Origin: Thermoanaerobaculia bacterium
GTDB lineage: Bacteria > Acidobacteriota > Thermoanaerobaculia > UBA5066
Length of the DNA: 64,000 nt
Assembly: GCA_963809425.1 (NCBI GenBank)
Contig: CAWEJK010000013.1
Coordinates: 49,359-113,358, forward strand
Direction: 5' to 3'
In this document: positions 1-9,126 of the stretch, in pieces
Layout of the letters: each line of letters opens with the position of its first letter
Numbering within the stretch: position 1 is the stretch's first letter
Program-made: the position numbers and the translations under genes
Notes under the pieces: generated by a model
Seen by the model: the letters and a program-made list of their open reading frames with translations, nothing else
Told to the model about the DNA's origin: nothing
The model's database searches: none

Positions 1-371
1 TCCACGTCCGCGCTCGCGGAGGCGATCCGTGCCGCGGAGGCGAGCGCGTCGTCGGCCTCCAGCTCGGTCATCGGCCAGACGGCGACTCCCATGGCCGCGA
101 GCGCGTCCTCCAGCGGATGGAACTGCGCGAGGAGCGCGCGGTCGACGCCGTCCCCCGTCTTGTAGGAGGGCCAGAGCCGGTTCCGGAAGGACTCGATCAC
201 GTGGTCCGTCGCGACGCCGACGTGCGTCGCGCCCGTCTCGATCATCTGCAGCACCGAGTGGAGGACGCCGAGGGCGGCGCCGTGGGGTTCGTCCGCGCCC
301 TTCCGGAAGCTGCGAAGGCCGTAGAACTGGCGGAACAGCTCGTACGTCCCGTCGACGACGTGGACGATCAT
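1..371 (-). CDS. 5'-3' exonuclease (FEN/PIN-like), N-terminal part; gene runs off window start
   Basis: Own translation of the minus strand from ATG at 371: MIVHVVDGTYELFRQFYG...GVATDHVIESFRNRLWPSYKTGDG...MTELEADDALAS. This matches the N-terminal 5'-3' exonuclease domain. ATGA overlap (368-371) with the stop of the upstream sigma gene. Absent from the ORF track because it is open at the window edge. Confidence 0.65.
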   Translation of the reverse strand, partial: MIVHVVDGTYELFRQFYGLRSFRKGADEPHGAALGVLHSVLQMIETGATHVGVATDHVIESFRNRLWPSYKTGDGVDRALLAQFHPLEDALAAMGVAVWPMTELEADDALASAARIASASADV

Positions 372-1651
372 GCCTTCGTCGAAGGGACGTGCCCCGCGCG
401 GCACGCGGCGGCCCGCGCGAGGAGGACGTCGCGCTCCCTCGCGTTCGACGTGAGCGCCGCGGACCTCTCGAATTCCGCGCGGGCCTCGTCCTCGCGGCCG
501 ACTCTCTGGAGGAGATCCCCGCGAACGGCCGGCAGGAGGTGGTAGCCGGCGAGCGCGGGCTCGCCCGCGAGCGTCTCCACGATCGCGAGGCCGGCCGCCG
601 GTGACGCGGCCATCGAAACGGCGACCGCGCGGTTCAGCTCCACGACGGGCGAAGGCTGGACGCGCGCGAGCTCGCCGTAAAGCTCCGCGATGCGCGCCCA
701 GTCCGTCTCGGCCGCCATCCGGGCCCGGGCGTGGCACGCCGCGATCGCGGCCTGCAGCGCATACGGGCCGGGTTCGCCGCCCTCTGCCCCGGCGCGATCC
801 AGCGCCGCGAGACCTCGCCGGACGAGGAGGTGATCCCAGAGCGCGCGGTCCTGGTCGAGAAGCAGAACTGGCTCGCCTGCAGGACCCTTCCGCGCTCTCA
901 CGCGCGACGCCTGGATCTCCATGAGCGCGACGAGGCCGTGGACCTCGGGCTCCCGCGGGACGAGCTCCGCGAGAATCCGGCCCAGCCGGAGCGCCTCCTC
1001 GCAGAGCTGCGGCCGCATCCAGTCGTCTCCCGCGGTCGCCGCGTAACCCTCGTTGAAAATCAGATACAGGACCTCGAGGACGGACTCCAGCCGGGCGGCG
1101 CGATCCTCGCCGCGAGGGACCTCGAAGGAAACCCGCGCCTCGGCAAGGGCCCGTTTCGCCCGCACGATCCGCTGCGCGACGGTCGCCTCCGGAACCAGGT
1201 ACGCCCTCGCGATTTCCGGCGTCGTCAGCCCTCCGAGCAGCCGCAGCGTGAGCGCGATGCGGCCTTCGCGGGACAGCACGGGATGGCACGCCGTGAACAC
1301 GAGCCGCAGGAGGTCGTCCCCGATGTCGTCGTCCAAGGCCGCCTCGAGATCCGGCACGGCTCTCTCGCGCCCGGCGTCGAGCTCGCGGCCGATCTCTGCC
1401 TGCGCTTGCTCGGCGCGCCGACCGCGCCGCATGTGGTCGATCGCCCGGTTCTTCGCCGCGGTCGTCAGCCACGCTCCGGGGTTGTCCGGCACGCCCGACT
1501 GAGGCCATTTCTCCAGAGCGGCGACGAGCGCGTCCTGCGCGAGATCCTCGGCGAGACCGACGTCACCCACGATACGGGCCAGCCCGGCGATGATCCGGGC
1601 CGATTCGATTCGCCAGATGGCGTCGATCCGGGCATGCGTCTCGGAGGACAC
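368..1651 (-). CDS. ECF-type RNA polymerase sigma factor with long C-terminal helical (TPR-like) extension
   Basis: 427-aa ORF. Sigma-70 region 2/4 motifs (DLAQDALVAALEKWP, NPGAWLTTAAKNRAIDHMRR) followed by a ~250-aa extension. It clusters with YciI/VOC genes, as this long ECF class usually does. Confidence 0.85.
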   Translation of the reverse strand: MSSETHARIDAIWRIESARIIAGLARIVGDVGLAEDLAQDALVAALEKWPQSGVPDNPGAWLTTAAKNRAIDHMRRGRRAEQAQAEIGRELDAGRERAVPDLEAALDDDIGDDLLRLVFTACHPVLSREGRIALTLRLLGGLTTPEIARAYLVPEATVAQRIVRAKRALAEARVSFEVPRGEDRAARLESVLEVLYLIFNEGYAATAGDDWMRPQLCEEALRLGRILAELVPREPEVHGLVALMEIQASRVRARKGPAGEPVLLLDQDRALWDHLLVRRGLAALDRAGAEGGEPGPYALQAAIAACHARARMAAETDWARIAELYGELARVQPSPVVELNRAVAVSMAASPAAGLAIVETLAGEPALAGYHLLPAVRGDLLQRVGREDEARAEFERSAALTSNARERDVLLARAAACRAGHVPSTKA

Positions 1652-1715
1652 GACGGCCGATTAGAGCATCGTCCTCCGCCCCTGCCGGACTCCCGCGCGC
1701 CGCGCGCCTTGCGGG

Positions 1716-2228
1716 CTACCGCTTCTTCTTCGTCTCCTTCGCGATCGTGAGCTTGAATCCGTCGGGATCGGTCAGGGCGAAGTCGCGCATGCCCCATGGC
1801 TGGTCGGTCGGCTCGTGGTCGAGCGTCCCGCCGCGCGCCACGATGCCCTTCGCGAAGGCGTCGATGTCCCCCGTCGTCAGGCAATAAAGGCGGAAACCCT
1901 CGCCCTTCTTCCGGTCGCGGCCCTTCTTCCAGTCGTCCTGCCCGAGCATGAAGGCGACGTCGCCGGCCCGGAGCTGGACCCCGGCCAGCCTTCCTTCCCG
2001 CTCCCAGCGCTCCTCGACGGCGAACCCGACGACGTCCCGGTACCAGGCGAGGCTCTTCTCCAGGTCGTTCGCGGTAATGCCGGGCGTCACCGAGGACATC
2101 TTCAGAGCACCCGATTTCACGCCGGCCTTCTTCGGCGGAGCCTTCGTCTTCTTCGAGGGCTTGTTCTTCTTCGAGGAAGCCTTCTTCGTCGTCTTCTTCT
2201 TCACGGGCATGTCGTTCCTCGCTTTCAT
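1716..2228 (-). CDS. VOC (glyoxalase/bleomycin-resistance fold) protein with Lys-rich N-terminal extension
   Basis: 170-aa ORF. The C-terminal ~125 aa form a single VOC fold (ITANDLEKSLAWYRDVVGF...LTDPDGFKLTI). The first ~40 aa read KKKTTKKASSKKNKPSKKTKAPPKK. Confidence 0.75.
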   Translation of the reverse strand: MKARNDMPVKKKTTKKASSKKNKPSKKTKAPPKKAGVKSGALKMSSVTPGITANDLEKSLAWYRDVVGFAVEERWEREGRLAGVQLRAGDVAFMLGQDDWKKGRDRKKGEGFRLYCLTTGDIDAFAKGIVARGGTLDHEPTDQPWGMRDFALTDPDGFKLTIAKETKKKR

Positions 2229-2304
2229 TACTGTCCGTCGAGAACGGAGAGAATATTCCCGGCAGGGTCCTTGAACCAGGCGATCTTCGCCCCGCGGCGC
2301 GAGG

Positions 2305-2730
2305 TCAGCCCTTCGCCTGCTTCGCGAACTTTTCGCGACGGTCTTTCATCTTCTGCAGCTCGGGCGTGAGCTCGCCCCAGTCCTCCATATCCATGACCTG
2401 CCGGATCTCGATCTCGGAATCGCCTTCATGGGGGTTCGGGCAGCGCTTCACCCACTCGATCGCCTCCTCCTTCGACTTCACCTGCCACAGCCAGAAGCCG
2501 GCGATCAGCTCCTTCGTCTCCGTGAACGGCCCGTCGACCACGGTGCGCTTGCTCCCGGAGAACAGGACGCGCGCCCCCTTCGAGCTCTGCTGAAGTCCCT
2601 CGGCGGCGAGCATGACGCCCGCTTTCACGAGCTCCTCGTTGAACTTCCCCATGTCGGCGAGCAGCTTCTCGCTCGGCATCACGCCCGCCTCCGAGCTCTT
2701 GTTCGCCTTGACGATGATCATGAATCGCAT
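2305..2730 (-). CDS. YciI-family (DGPF-type) protein
   Basis: 141-aa ORF, MRFMIIVKANKSSEAGVMPSEKLLADMGKFNEELVKAGVMLAAEGL...DGPFTETKELIAGFWLWQVKSKEEAIEW, typical of the YciI-like family found next to long ECF sigmas. Confidence 0.85.
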   Translation of the reverse strand: MRFMIIVKANKSSEAGVMPSEKLLADMGKFNEELVKAGVMLAAEGLQQSSKGARVLFSGSKRTVVDGPFTETKELIAGFWLWQVKSKEEAIEWVKRCPNPHEGDSEIEIRQVMDMEDWGELTPELQKMKDRREKFAKQAKG

Positions 2731-2854
2731 CTGAATCTCCTTTCGTCGTTCCGGAGGCCTGGGTCGGGCTCCCCCTCCCCGGCTTCATCTTCACGACGAA
2801 CGAGGGCGGCCGGAATCGACAAACGCCCGCAGACTATTTTCGCCTCCGCTCGTC

Positions 2855-3625
2855 CTACCCCTTGTAGACCGCGAAGGTCGCCCCCTGTTTGTCCGCGAAG
2901 ACCGCGAACCGGCCCATCCCCGGGATGTCGGTCGGCGGCACGTACGTCGTCGCTCCCAGGGACGCCGCGAGCGCCGCGGCCGCGTCGCAATCGGCGACGG
3001 CGAAGTAGGAAAGCCAGTGCGGCGGTCCCCCGGCGCCCGGAGGAAGCGTCATCATCCCGCCGATCGGCTTTCCACCCGTGATCCACTCGGTGTAGGTCAT
3101 TCCGCCGTCCGAGCCGGTCTTCGCCGCCCAGCCGAAGAGGGCCGTGTAGAACTTCTCGGCCTTCGCGGTGTCGGTCGTGTTGAGCTGACCCCAGCAGAAG
3201 GCGCCGGGCTCGTCGATGACCTCGAGACCGTGGTGCGATTTCGCCTGCCAGACCGAAAGCGTCGCGCCGGTGGGGTCCGTCAGGACGGCCATCCGCCCGT
3301 AGTCCATCACGTCGAAGGCGGGTGCCGTCAACTTCCCGCCCAACTCGGCGGCGCGCCGGGCCGTCGCGTCGGCATCGGCCGTCGCGACGTAGAGCATCCA
3401 GTGGGCCGGCACGCCGGCGTGAGTCTTCGGATCCAGCGTGTACGCCGCCCCGACGGCCTTCCCCTTCAGAGTGAAGGTCGTGTAGACACCGCCGGGGCCC
3501 ATGTCCTGATCCCGGAAAGCCCAGCCGAAGAGCTTTCCATAGAACTCCTTCGCGGCGTTCTGGTCCGTCGTTCCGAGCTCGACCCAGGAAAACGCCCCGG
3601 GCGCATGTGACGTGACTTCGGCCAT
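2855..3625 (-). CDS. two-domain VOC/glyoxalase-family protein
   Basis: 256-aa ORF with two tandem VOC repeats (FSWVELGTTDQNAAKEFYGKLFGW and FCWGQLNTTDTAKAEKFYTALFGW). Confidence 0.8.
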   Translation of the reverse strand: MAEVTSHAPGAFSWVELGTTDQNAAKEFYGKLFGWAFRDQDMGPGGVYTTFTLKGKAVGAAYTLDPKTHAGVPAHWMLYVATADADATARRAAELGGKLTAPAFDVMDYGRMAVLTDPTGATLSVWQAKSHHGLEVIDEPGAFCWGQLNTTDTAKAEKFYTALFGWAAKTGSDGGMTYTEWITGGKPIGGMMTLPPGAGGPPHWLSYFAVADCDAAAALAASLGATTYVPPTDIPGMGRFAVFADKQGATFAVYKG

Positions 3626-3796
3626 GGTGCACTCCTCTCTCCGACGCTGAGATCCCCGTTCATACGCCTCCCTCGCGGGGGAGTTTCACGGGGCCGCCCC
3701 CCGCGGGAGTGCGCACGGTTCTGCGAAGCACGGCTTTTGCCACGAGGCGATGTAATCCCGTCATGTACAGATTACCGGCCGCGATGTCGATCGGGC

Positions 3797-3817
3797 TGCA
3801 TTCAAACGCTGAATGCA
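3797..3817. promoter_or_regulatory. perfect 8-bp inverted repeat TGCATTCA-aacgc-TGAATGCA (candidate operator/UAS)
   Basis: Lies in the 250-bp intergenic region upstream of the 3879-6446 kinase/bEBP operon. Confidence 0.35.
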
Positions 3818-3850
3818 TCGGGAAGGCCAGCAAATACGGCGACCGGGGGC

Positions 3851-3865
3851 TGGCATGCTGCGTGC
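3851..3865 (+). promoter_or_regulatory. weak sigma-54-type promoter candidate (TGGCAT-N5-GTGC)
   Basis: GG-N10-GC spacing is correct, but the -12 element is GTGC and sits only 14 nt from the GTG start at 3879. Confidence 0.3.
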
Positions 3866-3878
3866 TCTTGGCTAGTTC

Positions 3879-4316
3879 GTGCTGGACAGACTCAACTCTC
3901 TCCTTCGTATCGAACTCGCCGCGGTGGCCGGATACCAGAGGGCCCTGAGCACGCTCAAGAAGAAGGCGGTCGTCGACAGCGACCATCTTCTGAAGCTCGC
4001 GTCCGAGCACCAGCGCACGGTCGCGGTTCTCCAGGGAACCGTCCATGCCCGGGGAGGAGCGCCCGTCGTCCTGGCGGACCCCTGGGAGGACTCGGTTTCC
4101 GCCGCTCTCGACGGCAACGGACACTCGCCCGCGCTGAAGAGCAGGGAGTTCGTGGGCGCGCTTCTCTCGGTCGAGAAGCGCGGTCTCGCCGAGTACGAGG
4201 CCTCCCTGGGCTCGCTCGACGATGACGCCCGGGAGCTCGTCGAGCTCGAGCTGATCCCGCGGCAGCAGAGACACGTCGCGCAGCTCTCCGCCATGCTCGT
4301 CAGCCTCGCGGCGTGA
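3879..4316 (+). CDS. four-helix-bundle, ferritin-like (DUF2383/PA2169-type) protein
   Basis: 145-aa all-helical ORF with a GTG start. The LNSLLRIELAAVAGYQRAL and LLSVEKRGLAEYEASL segments resemble the PA2169/YciE ferritin-like family. Assigned by eye only. Confidence 0.5.
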   Translation: MLDRLNSLLRIELAAVAGYQRALSTLKKKAVVDSDHLLKLASEHQRTVAVLQGTVHARGGAPVVLADPWEDSVSAALDGNGHSPALKSREFVGALLSVEKRGLAEYEASLGSLDDDARELVELELIPRQQRHVAQLSAMLVSLAA

Positions 4317-4329
4317 CCCGCGGCTCGCC

Positions 4330-5043
4330 GTGGAACGAGGTGCGCTCCGTGCCGGTGTGCTAGTTTCGCGGCTCGTCGACATGGACGCAGCGTCGCATCC
4401 CGAACCGGCCGGAGAGTCCGCCCGTACCCTGCGTGCTCTCCGGCATGCCCTCGCCGACCCGCTCTCGGCCGCCGCGCTGAAGCTCGACCTCGTGGAGCGG
4501 CGCATCCAGACGCCGTCCGGTGCCGATCCGTCGTGGATCGTCGAGCGGGTGCGGGCCGCGAAGGCCGATCTGGGCTCCGCGAACCGCCTCCTCGACCTCC
4601 TGCTTCGCCTCGCGGAGATCGTCGGCGAGCGGCCTGAAGAGACGTCTCTCGGCGAGGTCTGCCGCACCGCGGGCGTTCCCCTCCCCGACGGCACGGCGGA
4701 CCTTCCGCGCCTGCCGCTGCGTCACAGGGCGTCGGCCGAGGCGATCCAGAGTGTCGCGTCGTTCGCCACGAGAGGCGACGGCGTCCCTCCGCCGATCGGA
4801 CGAGCGGGACTCGAGAGCGGGCGGGTGACGCTGGTTCTCGAAGGGTCGCGGGTGACAGTCGATGGACGTCCCGAGCGGCTCCTCGATCTCCCTCCCGGGG
4901 TCGAGGGAGCGGAAGCGCTGTTCGTGGCCCGCGCAGCCGTCGAAGCCGACGGCGGTCGCCTGGAGCTGAAAGAGCGCGGCGGGCGCTTCGTGGCGCTCTT
5001 CTCGTGGCCGATCGCGGCTGCCGGTCCGGAGGACGAATCGTGA
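4330..5043 (+). CDS. small cytoplasmic histidine-kinase-like protein
   Basis: 237-aa ORF with no TM segment. H-box-like LRHALADPLSAAALKLDL and a C-terminal ATPase-lid-like GGRLELKERGGRFVALFSWP. GTGA overlap with the downstream response regulator. The start is uncertain (GTG 4330 or ATG 4381). Confidence 0.55.
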   Translation: MERGALRAGVLVSRLVDMDAASHPEPAGESARTLRALRHALADPLSAAALKLDLVERRIQTPSGADPSWIVERVRAAKADLGSANRLLDLLLRLAEIVGERPEETSLGEVCRTAGVPLPDGTADLPRLPLRHRASAEAIQSVASFATRGDGVPPPIGRAGLESGRVTLVLEGSRVTVDGRPERLLDLPPGVEGAEALFVARAAVEADGGRLELKERGGRFVALFSWPIAAAGPEDES

Positions 5044-6446
5044 GGGTCCTCGTGGTGGAGGACGAGCCGGGGGTCCGGGCATCGCTCGTCGACCTCATCC
5101 AGGAGCTCGGATACGAGACATCCGCCGTGGGCTCGGTGGCCGACGCGCGCGCCGCGTTGACCCGTGGAGCTCCGGACGTCTGCATCACGGACCTCGGGCT
5201 GCCGGACGGGAACGGGCTCGACGTCGTGCGCGCCGCGAAGGCGGCTCGGCCGGATTCGGCCGTCCTCGTCCTGACGGGGAAAGGCTCGATCCTGGCCGCA
5301 GTCGAGGCGATGCGGGCCGGCGCGTACGACTTCCTCCTCAAGCCGCTCAAGCCCGCCCTCCTCGCGTCGGCTCTCGGGCGCCTTTCGGAGCATCACGTTT
5401 CACTCGCCGAGGCGCACCCCGAGCCGGCGGCCGCTGGCCGGCTCGGGGAGATGGTCGGCCGATCACCCGCGATGCAGGAGGTCTTCCGTCTGATCGCCCG
5501 CGTCGCGGGGTCCGAAGCGCCCGTGATGATCACCGGGGAGAGCGGTACGGGCAAGGAGGTCGCGGCCCGCACCGTGCACGCCCTCTCGCGCCGCATTCGA
5601 GGACCGTTCGTCGCGGTCAACTGCGGCGCGATCTCGCCGACGCTCGTCGAGAGCGAGCTTTTCGGGCACGAGAAGGGTGCTTTCACCGGGGCGGAGCGGC
5701 GCCGTGCCGGCACCTTCGAGATGGCCCATGGAGGAACTCTCTTCCTGGACGAGGTGACGGAGATGCCGCCCGAGCTGCAGGTGAAGTTCCTTCGTGTCCT
5801 CGACACACGCGCCTTCCGGCGGGTCGGCGGAAACGAGGAGCTGGACGTCGACGTCCGCCTCGTCGCGAGCTCGAACCGCAACCTGGCGGAGGCGGTGAAA
5901 AGCAGGTCGTTCCGACCCGACCTCTTCTATCGGCTGAACGTCTTTCCGCTCGTCATGCCGCCCTTGCGCGAGCGCAAGGTGGATATTCAGGCTCTCGCGA
6001 GCCATTTCCTTTCGGAGGTCGGGGAGAAGGAGCGGCGCGGCATCACGTCGTTCGAGCCCCGTGCGCTCGACGTCCTGGACAGGCACGACTGGCCCGGCAA
6101 CGTGCGCGAGCTCCGGAACGCCGTGCACAGGGCCTATGTCCTGAGCGACCCGCCGGCCATTCGGGCCGAGGCGGTGGAGTCGGTCCTCGGCGCGCCGCGC
6201 CCCGTCGAGCCGCAGCCGGCGGCGGACCAGGCCGGGGAGTCATGGCCCGCCGTGCCGGTGCGCGTCGGAGAGAAGCTGGAGGACGTCGAACGCAAGCTGC
6301 TCATCGCGACACTGGAGGCCGTGAAAGGCGACAGGAAGACGGCGGCCGAGCTCCTCGGCATCAGCCTCAAGACGGTCTACAACCGGCTCAAGCATTACGG
6401 CCTCGACCACCCCGCTCCTCCACGAGGACCAGCTCGAGACGCTTGA
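5040..6446 (+). CDS. sigma-54-dependent response regulator (NtrC family bEBP: REC-AAA+-HTH)
   Basis: REC (VLVVEDEPGVR...DLGLPDGNG), AAA+ Walker A GESGTGKE, ESELFGHEKGAFTGA (GAFTGA loop), C-terminal Fis-type HTH (AAELLGISLKTVYNRLKHYG). GTG at 5040 overlaps the kinase stop. The ORF is open from 5004. Confidence 0.92.
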   Translation: MRVLVVEDEPGVRASLVDLIQELGYETSAVGSVADARAALTRGAPDVCITDLGLPDGNGLDVVRAAKAARPDSAVLVLTGKGSILAAVEAMRAGAYDFLLKPLKPALLASALGRLSEHHVSLAEAHPEPAAAGRLGEMVGRSPAMQEVFRLIARVAGSEAPVMITGESGTGKEVAARTVHALSRRIRGPFVAVNCGAISPTLVESELFGHEKGAFTGAERRRAGTFEMAHGGTLFLDEVTEMPPELQVKFLRVLDTRAFRRVGGNEELDVDVRLVASSNRNLAEAVKSRSFRPDLFYRLNVFPLVMPPLRERKVDIQALASHFLSEVGEKERRGITSFEPRALDVLDRHDWPGNVRELRNAVHRAYVLSDPPAIRAEAVESVLGAPRPVEPQPAADQAGESWPAVPVRVGEKLEDVERKLLIATLEAVKGDRKTAAELLGISLKTVYNRLKHYGLDHPAPPRGPARDA

Positions 6447-8039
6447 GCTCGACCGGCTTCGCGAGGTGATGGTCGAAGCCGGCTTCGCGGGATCGTGCCA
6501 GATCGTCCGGGTGGACCCAGCCGGAGAGCGCGACGAGGACGACTTCTCTCAGCTTCGGATCCTTCCGGAGGCGGCGCGCCACCTCGAGGCCGTCGAACCC
6601 CGGCAGGCCGATGTCGAGAATCGCGACGTCGGGGCTCATGCGCCGCGCCGCGTCGACGGCGGACGGGCCGTCGTGCGCGACGTGCGTCTCGTGACCCTCG
6701 AGGGTCAGGAGCTCGGCAAGCGTGAGAGCGGCGTCCACGTTGTCGTCGGCGATGAGGATCCGGCGCGGCGGCGGTGTCGCGCTCGGCGCAGGCCGGCGTG
6801 GCCTGGGGAGCGGCCGTGTCGTCGGCCGCGCACGGGAGGCGGAGCGTGAAGACGCTCCCCTTGCCCTCCCCCTCGCTCGCCGCGGTCAGACTGCCGCCGT
6901 GCAGCTCCGCGAGGCCCTTCGAGAGAGCGAGGCCGATCCCGAGCCCTCCGTAGACCGGCTCGTGCGCCCGGTGCCCTTGCCCGAACATCGTGAAGACGTG
7001 CGCGAGGTGCGCCGCCGGGATCCCGATGCCGGAGTCGATCGACCGACGCGACGATCCACTCGCCGTCTCGCACGACCTCGAGGCGGATCCGCCCGCCCGG
7101 CTCGGTGTATTTGGCGGCGTTGGAAAGGAGGTTCGACAGGAGCTGCGCGAGCCGCATCGGATCGGCGTGCAGGAACACCGGCGTCTCGGGCACGACGAGC
7201 TCGAATGCGTGCCGCCGACGGGTGAGGAGATGCCCGCTCGTCTCGAGCGCGCTCTCGACGAGGGCCGAGAGGGGCACCCGGGCACGGCGCAGCTCCAGCT
7301 TCCCGTGCTTGATGCGCGAGATGTCGAGAAGGTCGTCGATCAGGCGGACCATGTGCTCGACCTGCCGCCCGATCACGTTGAGAGCGCGCTCGCGCCTTGC
7401 CGCTTCCTCGGGTGCGTCGCCCGTCCGCGACAGGATCTCGGCCGCGCTCGAGAGCGGCGCGAGCGGGTTCCGGAGCTCGTGCGCGAGGGTGGCGAGGAAC
7501 GCGTCCTTCCGGCGGTCCACCTCGCGCAGCGCGCGCTCGGCCGCGCGCCGCTCGGCCACCTCGGCCCCGAGCGCCTCGTTCATCGTCTCGAGCGCGTCGG
7601 TCCGCTCGGCGACCCGGGTCTCCAGCTCGTCGCGAACGCGGAGGAGTTTCGCCGCGCGCCGTGACGCCTCGACCGCGTATCGGATCGCGTGCTCGAGGTG
7701 CGCCGCGTCGAGACCATCCCTGACGAGGTAGTCCGCGGCTCCTCTCTCCATCGCCGCGAGGTCCTCGGCTCTGTTCGGCTCGTCCGCGATCAGGATCACG
7801 GGACCGGCGCCGCCGGACTCTCGATAGGCGCGGAGAAGCTCGACACCGCTCTTCGTGTCGAGCCGGCAGGCCACGAGGTGGGCGTCGTAGCGGCGCGCCG
7901 TCATCGACTCGAGCCCCGCGTCGAAGGTCGCGACCCGCTCCACGTTCGCGGGAGCGGCCATCCCCGCGATCATGTCGCGCAACTCGGCGGCGCCGCCTTC
8001 GTCGGCGTCGACGAGCAGGACGCGGATCGGGTCAGGCAT
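6388..8039 (-). pseudogene. hybrid histidine kinase (REC-coiled coil-HisKA-HATPase-REC) with two frameshifts
   Basis: Three consecutive reading frames carry contiguous domains. 8039-~7045: REC plus HisKA (FLATLAHELRNPLAPL). ~7045-~6790: HATPase (SIDSGIGIPAAHLAHVFTMFGQG...GGLGIGLALSKGLAELHGGSL). ~6770-6388: REC (RILIADDNVDAALTLAELL...DIGLPGFDG). The shifts lie near 7040 and 6770-6800. Confidence 0.8.
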
Positions 8040-8071
8040 CAGGGGGCCTCGAAAAACAGGATATTGCTCGA

Positions 8072-8084
8072 ACGATCAGATCGT
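8072..8084. promoter_or_regulatory. palindrome ACGATC-a-GATCGT (candidate UAS)
   Basis: About 150 bp upstream of the sigma-54 element at 8230, a distance typical for bEBP sites. Confidence 0.3.
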
Positions 8085-8229
8085 CAACGTGGCGGGCGAA
8101 GGCGAACCGCCGGCGGGTCGCCCTGAAGGCCGCCCACGAGACGTCGGCACGTTTTTCCCGGGAAACCGGTAAAGCGTGCCGGCTCGCGCGAGCGCCCGCA
8201 CCGATCACGCGGCCGCGACTGCCTCACGT

Positions 8230-8244
8230 CGGCACGATGTTTGC
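8230..8244 (+). promoter_or_regulatory. sigma-54-type promoter (cGGCACG-atgt-TTGC)
   Basis: GG (8231-32), N10, GC (8243-44). 94 nt upstream of ATG 8338. Confidence 0.6.
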
Positions 8245-8337
8245 GATCCTCGTCACAGCGTCGTATCGCAGCGGCTCCCGATTCCCCACCGGCCGCGGGT
8301 TCGGGACGGTCGAGGCCGCGCCGAAGGAGGCACGCAG

Positions 8338-8556
8338 ATGGACAGGTTCAAAGGTGTCGCTCTCGTCCTCATCGTCGCGGGCGTCCTCGCGCTCCTGTAC
8401 GGCGGCTTCACCTACACGAAGGACACGCATCGAACGAAGATCGGACCGATCGAGTTTGCGGTCAAGGAGAAGGAGACCGTCAACGTGCCGGTGTGGGCCG
8501 GCGTGGCGGCGATCGTCGTCGGCGGGGTCCTGCTCTTCGCCCGCACGAAGAAGTAG
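8338..8556 (+). CDS. small two-TM membrane protein
   Basis: 72-aa product MDRFKGVALVLIVAGVLALLYGG...VPVWAGVAAIVVGGVLLFARTKK. SD AAGGAGG at 8324-8330. Sigma-54-type promoter at 8230-8244. Confidence 0.65.
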   Translation: MDRFKGVALVLIVAGVLALLYGGFTYTKDTHRTKIGPIEFAVKEKETVNVPVWAGVAAIVVGGVLLFARTKK

Positions 8557-8634
8557 CCGCATTTTCAGCCGCGCCTCACGACTCCGAAGGCGCCCAAGCG
8601 CGCGGTCCCCAGGGCCGCAACGAGGAACACGACC

Positions 8635-9126
8635 ATGACCACGCACCATTTCAGGGCTCTCTTTCCGGGCGTCGTCGCCGCCACCGCGCTCGCGCTGGCC
8701 GTGAGCGCGGGCGCCCAGACGCCTCCGCCCGCCGGGTCCACCCCGGCCGCCAAGAGCCCTCAGGCGGCCTCCACGACCGGCCACCACAAGGCCGGTGCCG
8801 CGAAGGCCACGCACGCCGCCGACATGAAGGCGGAGTGCGAGGCGATGATGGCCAAGAAGCACGAGATGCACGCCAAGCTCCAGGCGATGGACGCGACTCT
8901 GGACAAGCTCGTGGCCGAGATGAACGCCGCGAAGGGGTCCAAAGAGGTCGACGCCATGGAGAAGCCGATGGCGGCCGTCATCAACGAGCTCGTCGCCCAG
9001 CGCAAGGCCTCCCGCTCGATGATGATGGAGATGCAACACGGGACGATGGCGCACACGGCCCATCACATGCACATGCACGGCGCGCAGGGGGCGATGGAGT
9101 GCCCGATGATGAAGGAGACACCATGA
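8635..9126 (+). CDS. secreted His/Met-rich helical protein (putative periplasmic metal-binding)
   Basis: 163-aa ORF with a signal peptide (ALFPGVVAATALALAVSAGAQ). C-terminus MMMEMQHGTMAHTAHHMHMHGAQGAMECPMMKE. No family recognised. Confidence 0.65.
   Translation: MTTHHFRALFPGVVAATALALAVSAGAQTPPPAGSTPAAKSPQAASTTGHHKAGAAKATHAADMKAECEAMMAKKHEMHAKLQAMDATLDKLVAEMNAAKGSKEVDAMEKPMAAVINELVAQRKASRSMMMEMQHGTMAHTAHHMHMHGAQGAMECPMMKETP

Noticed and set aside
8146-8160. GGCACGTTTTTCCC, and the similar ccGGCACGTTTTCCCGG at 22822-22837, as sigma-54 promoters.
   Set aside because: After GG-N10 the dinucleotide is CC/CG rather than GC, so there is no -12 element. The second copy also lies between convergent gene ends.
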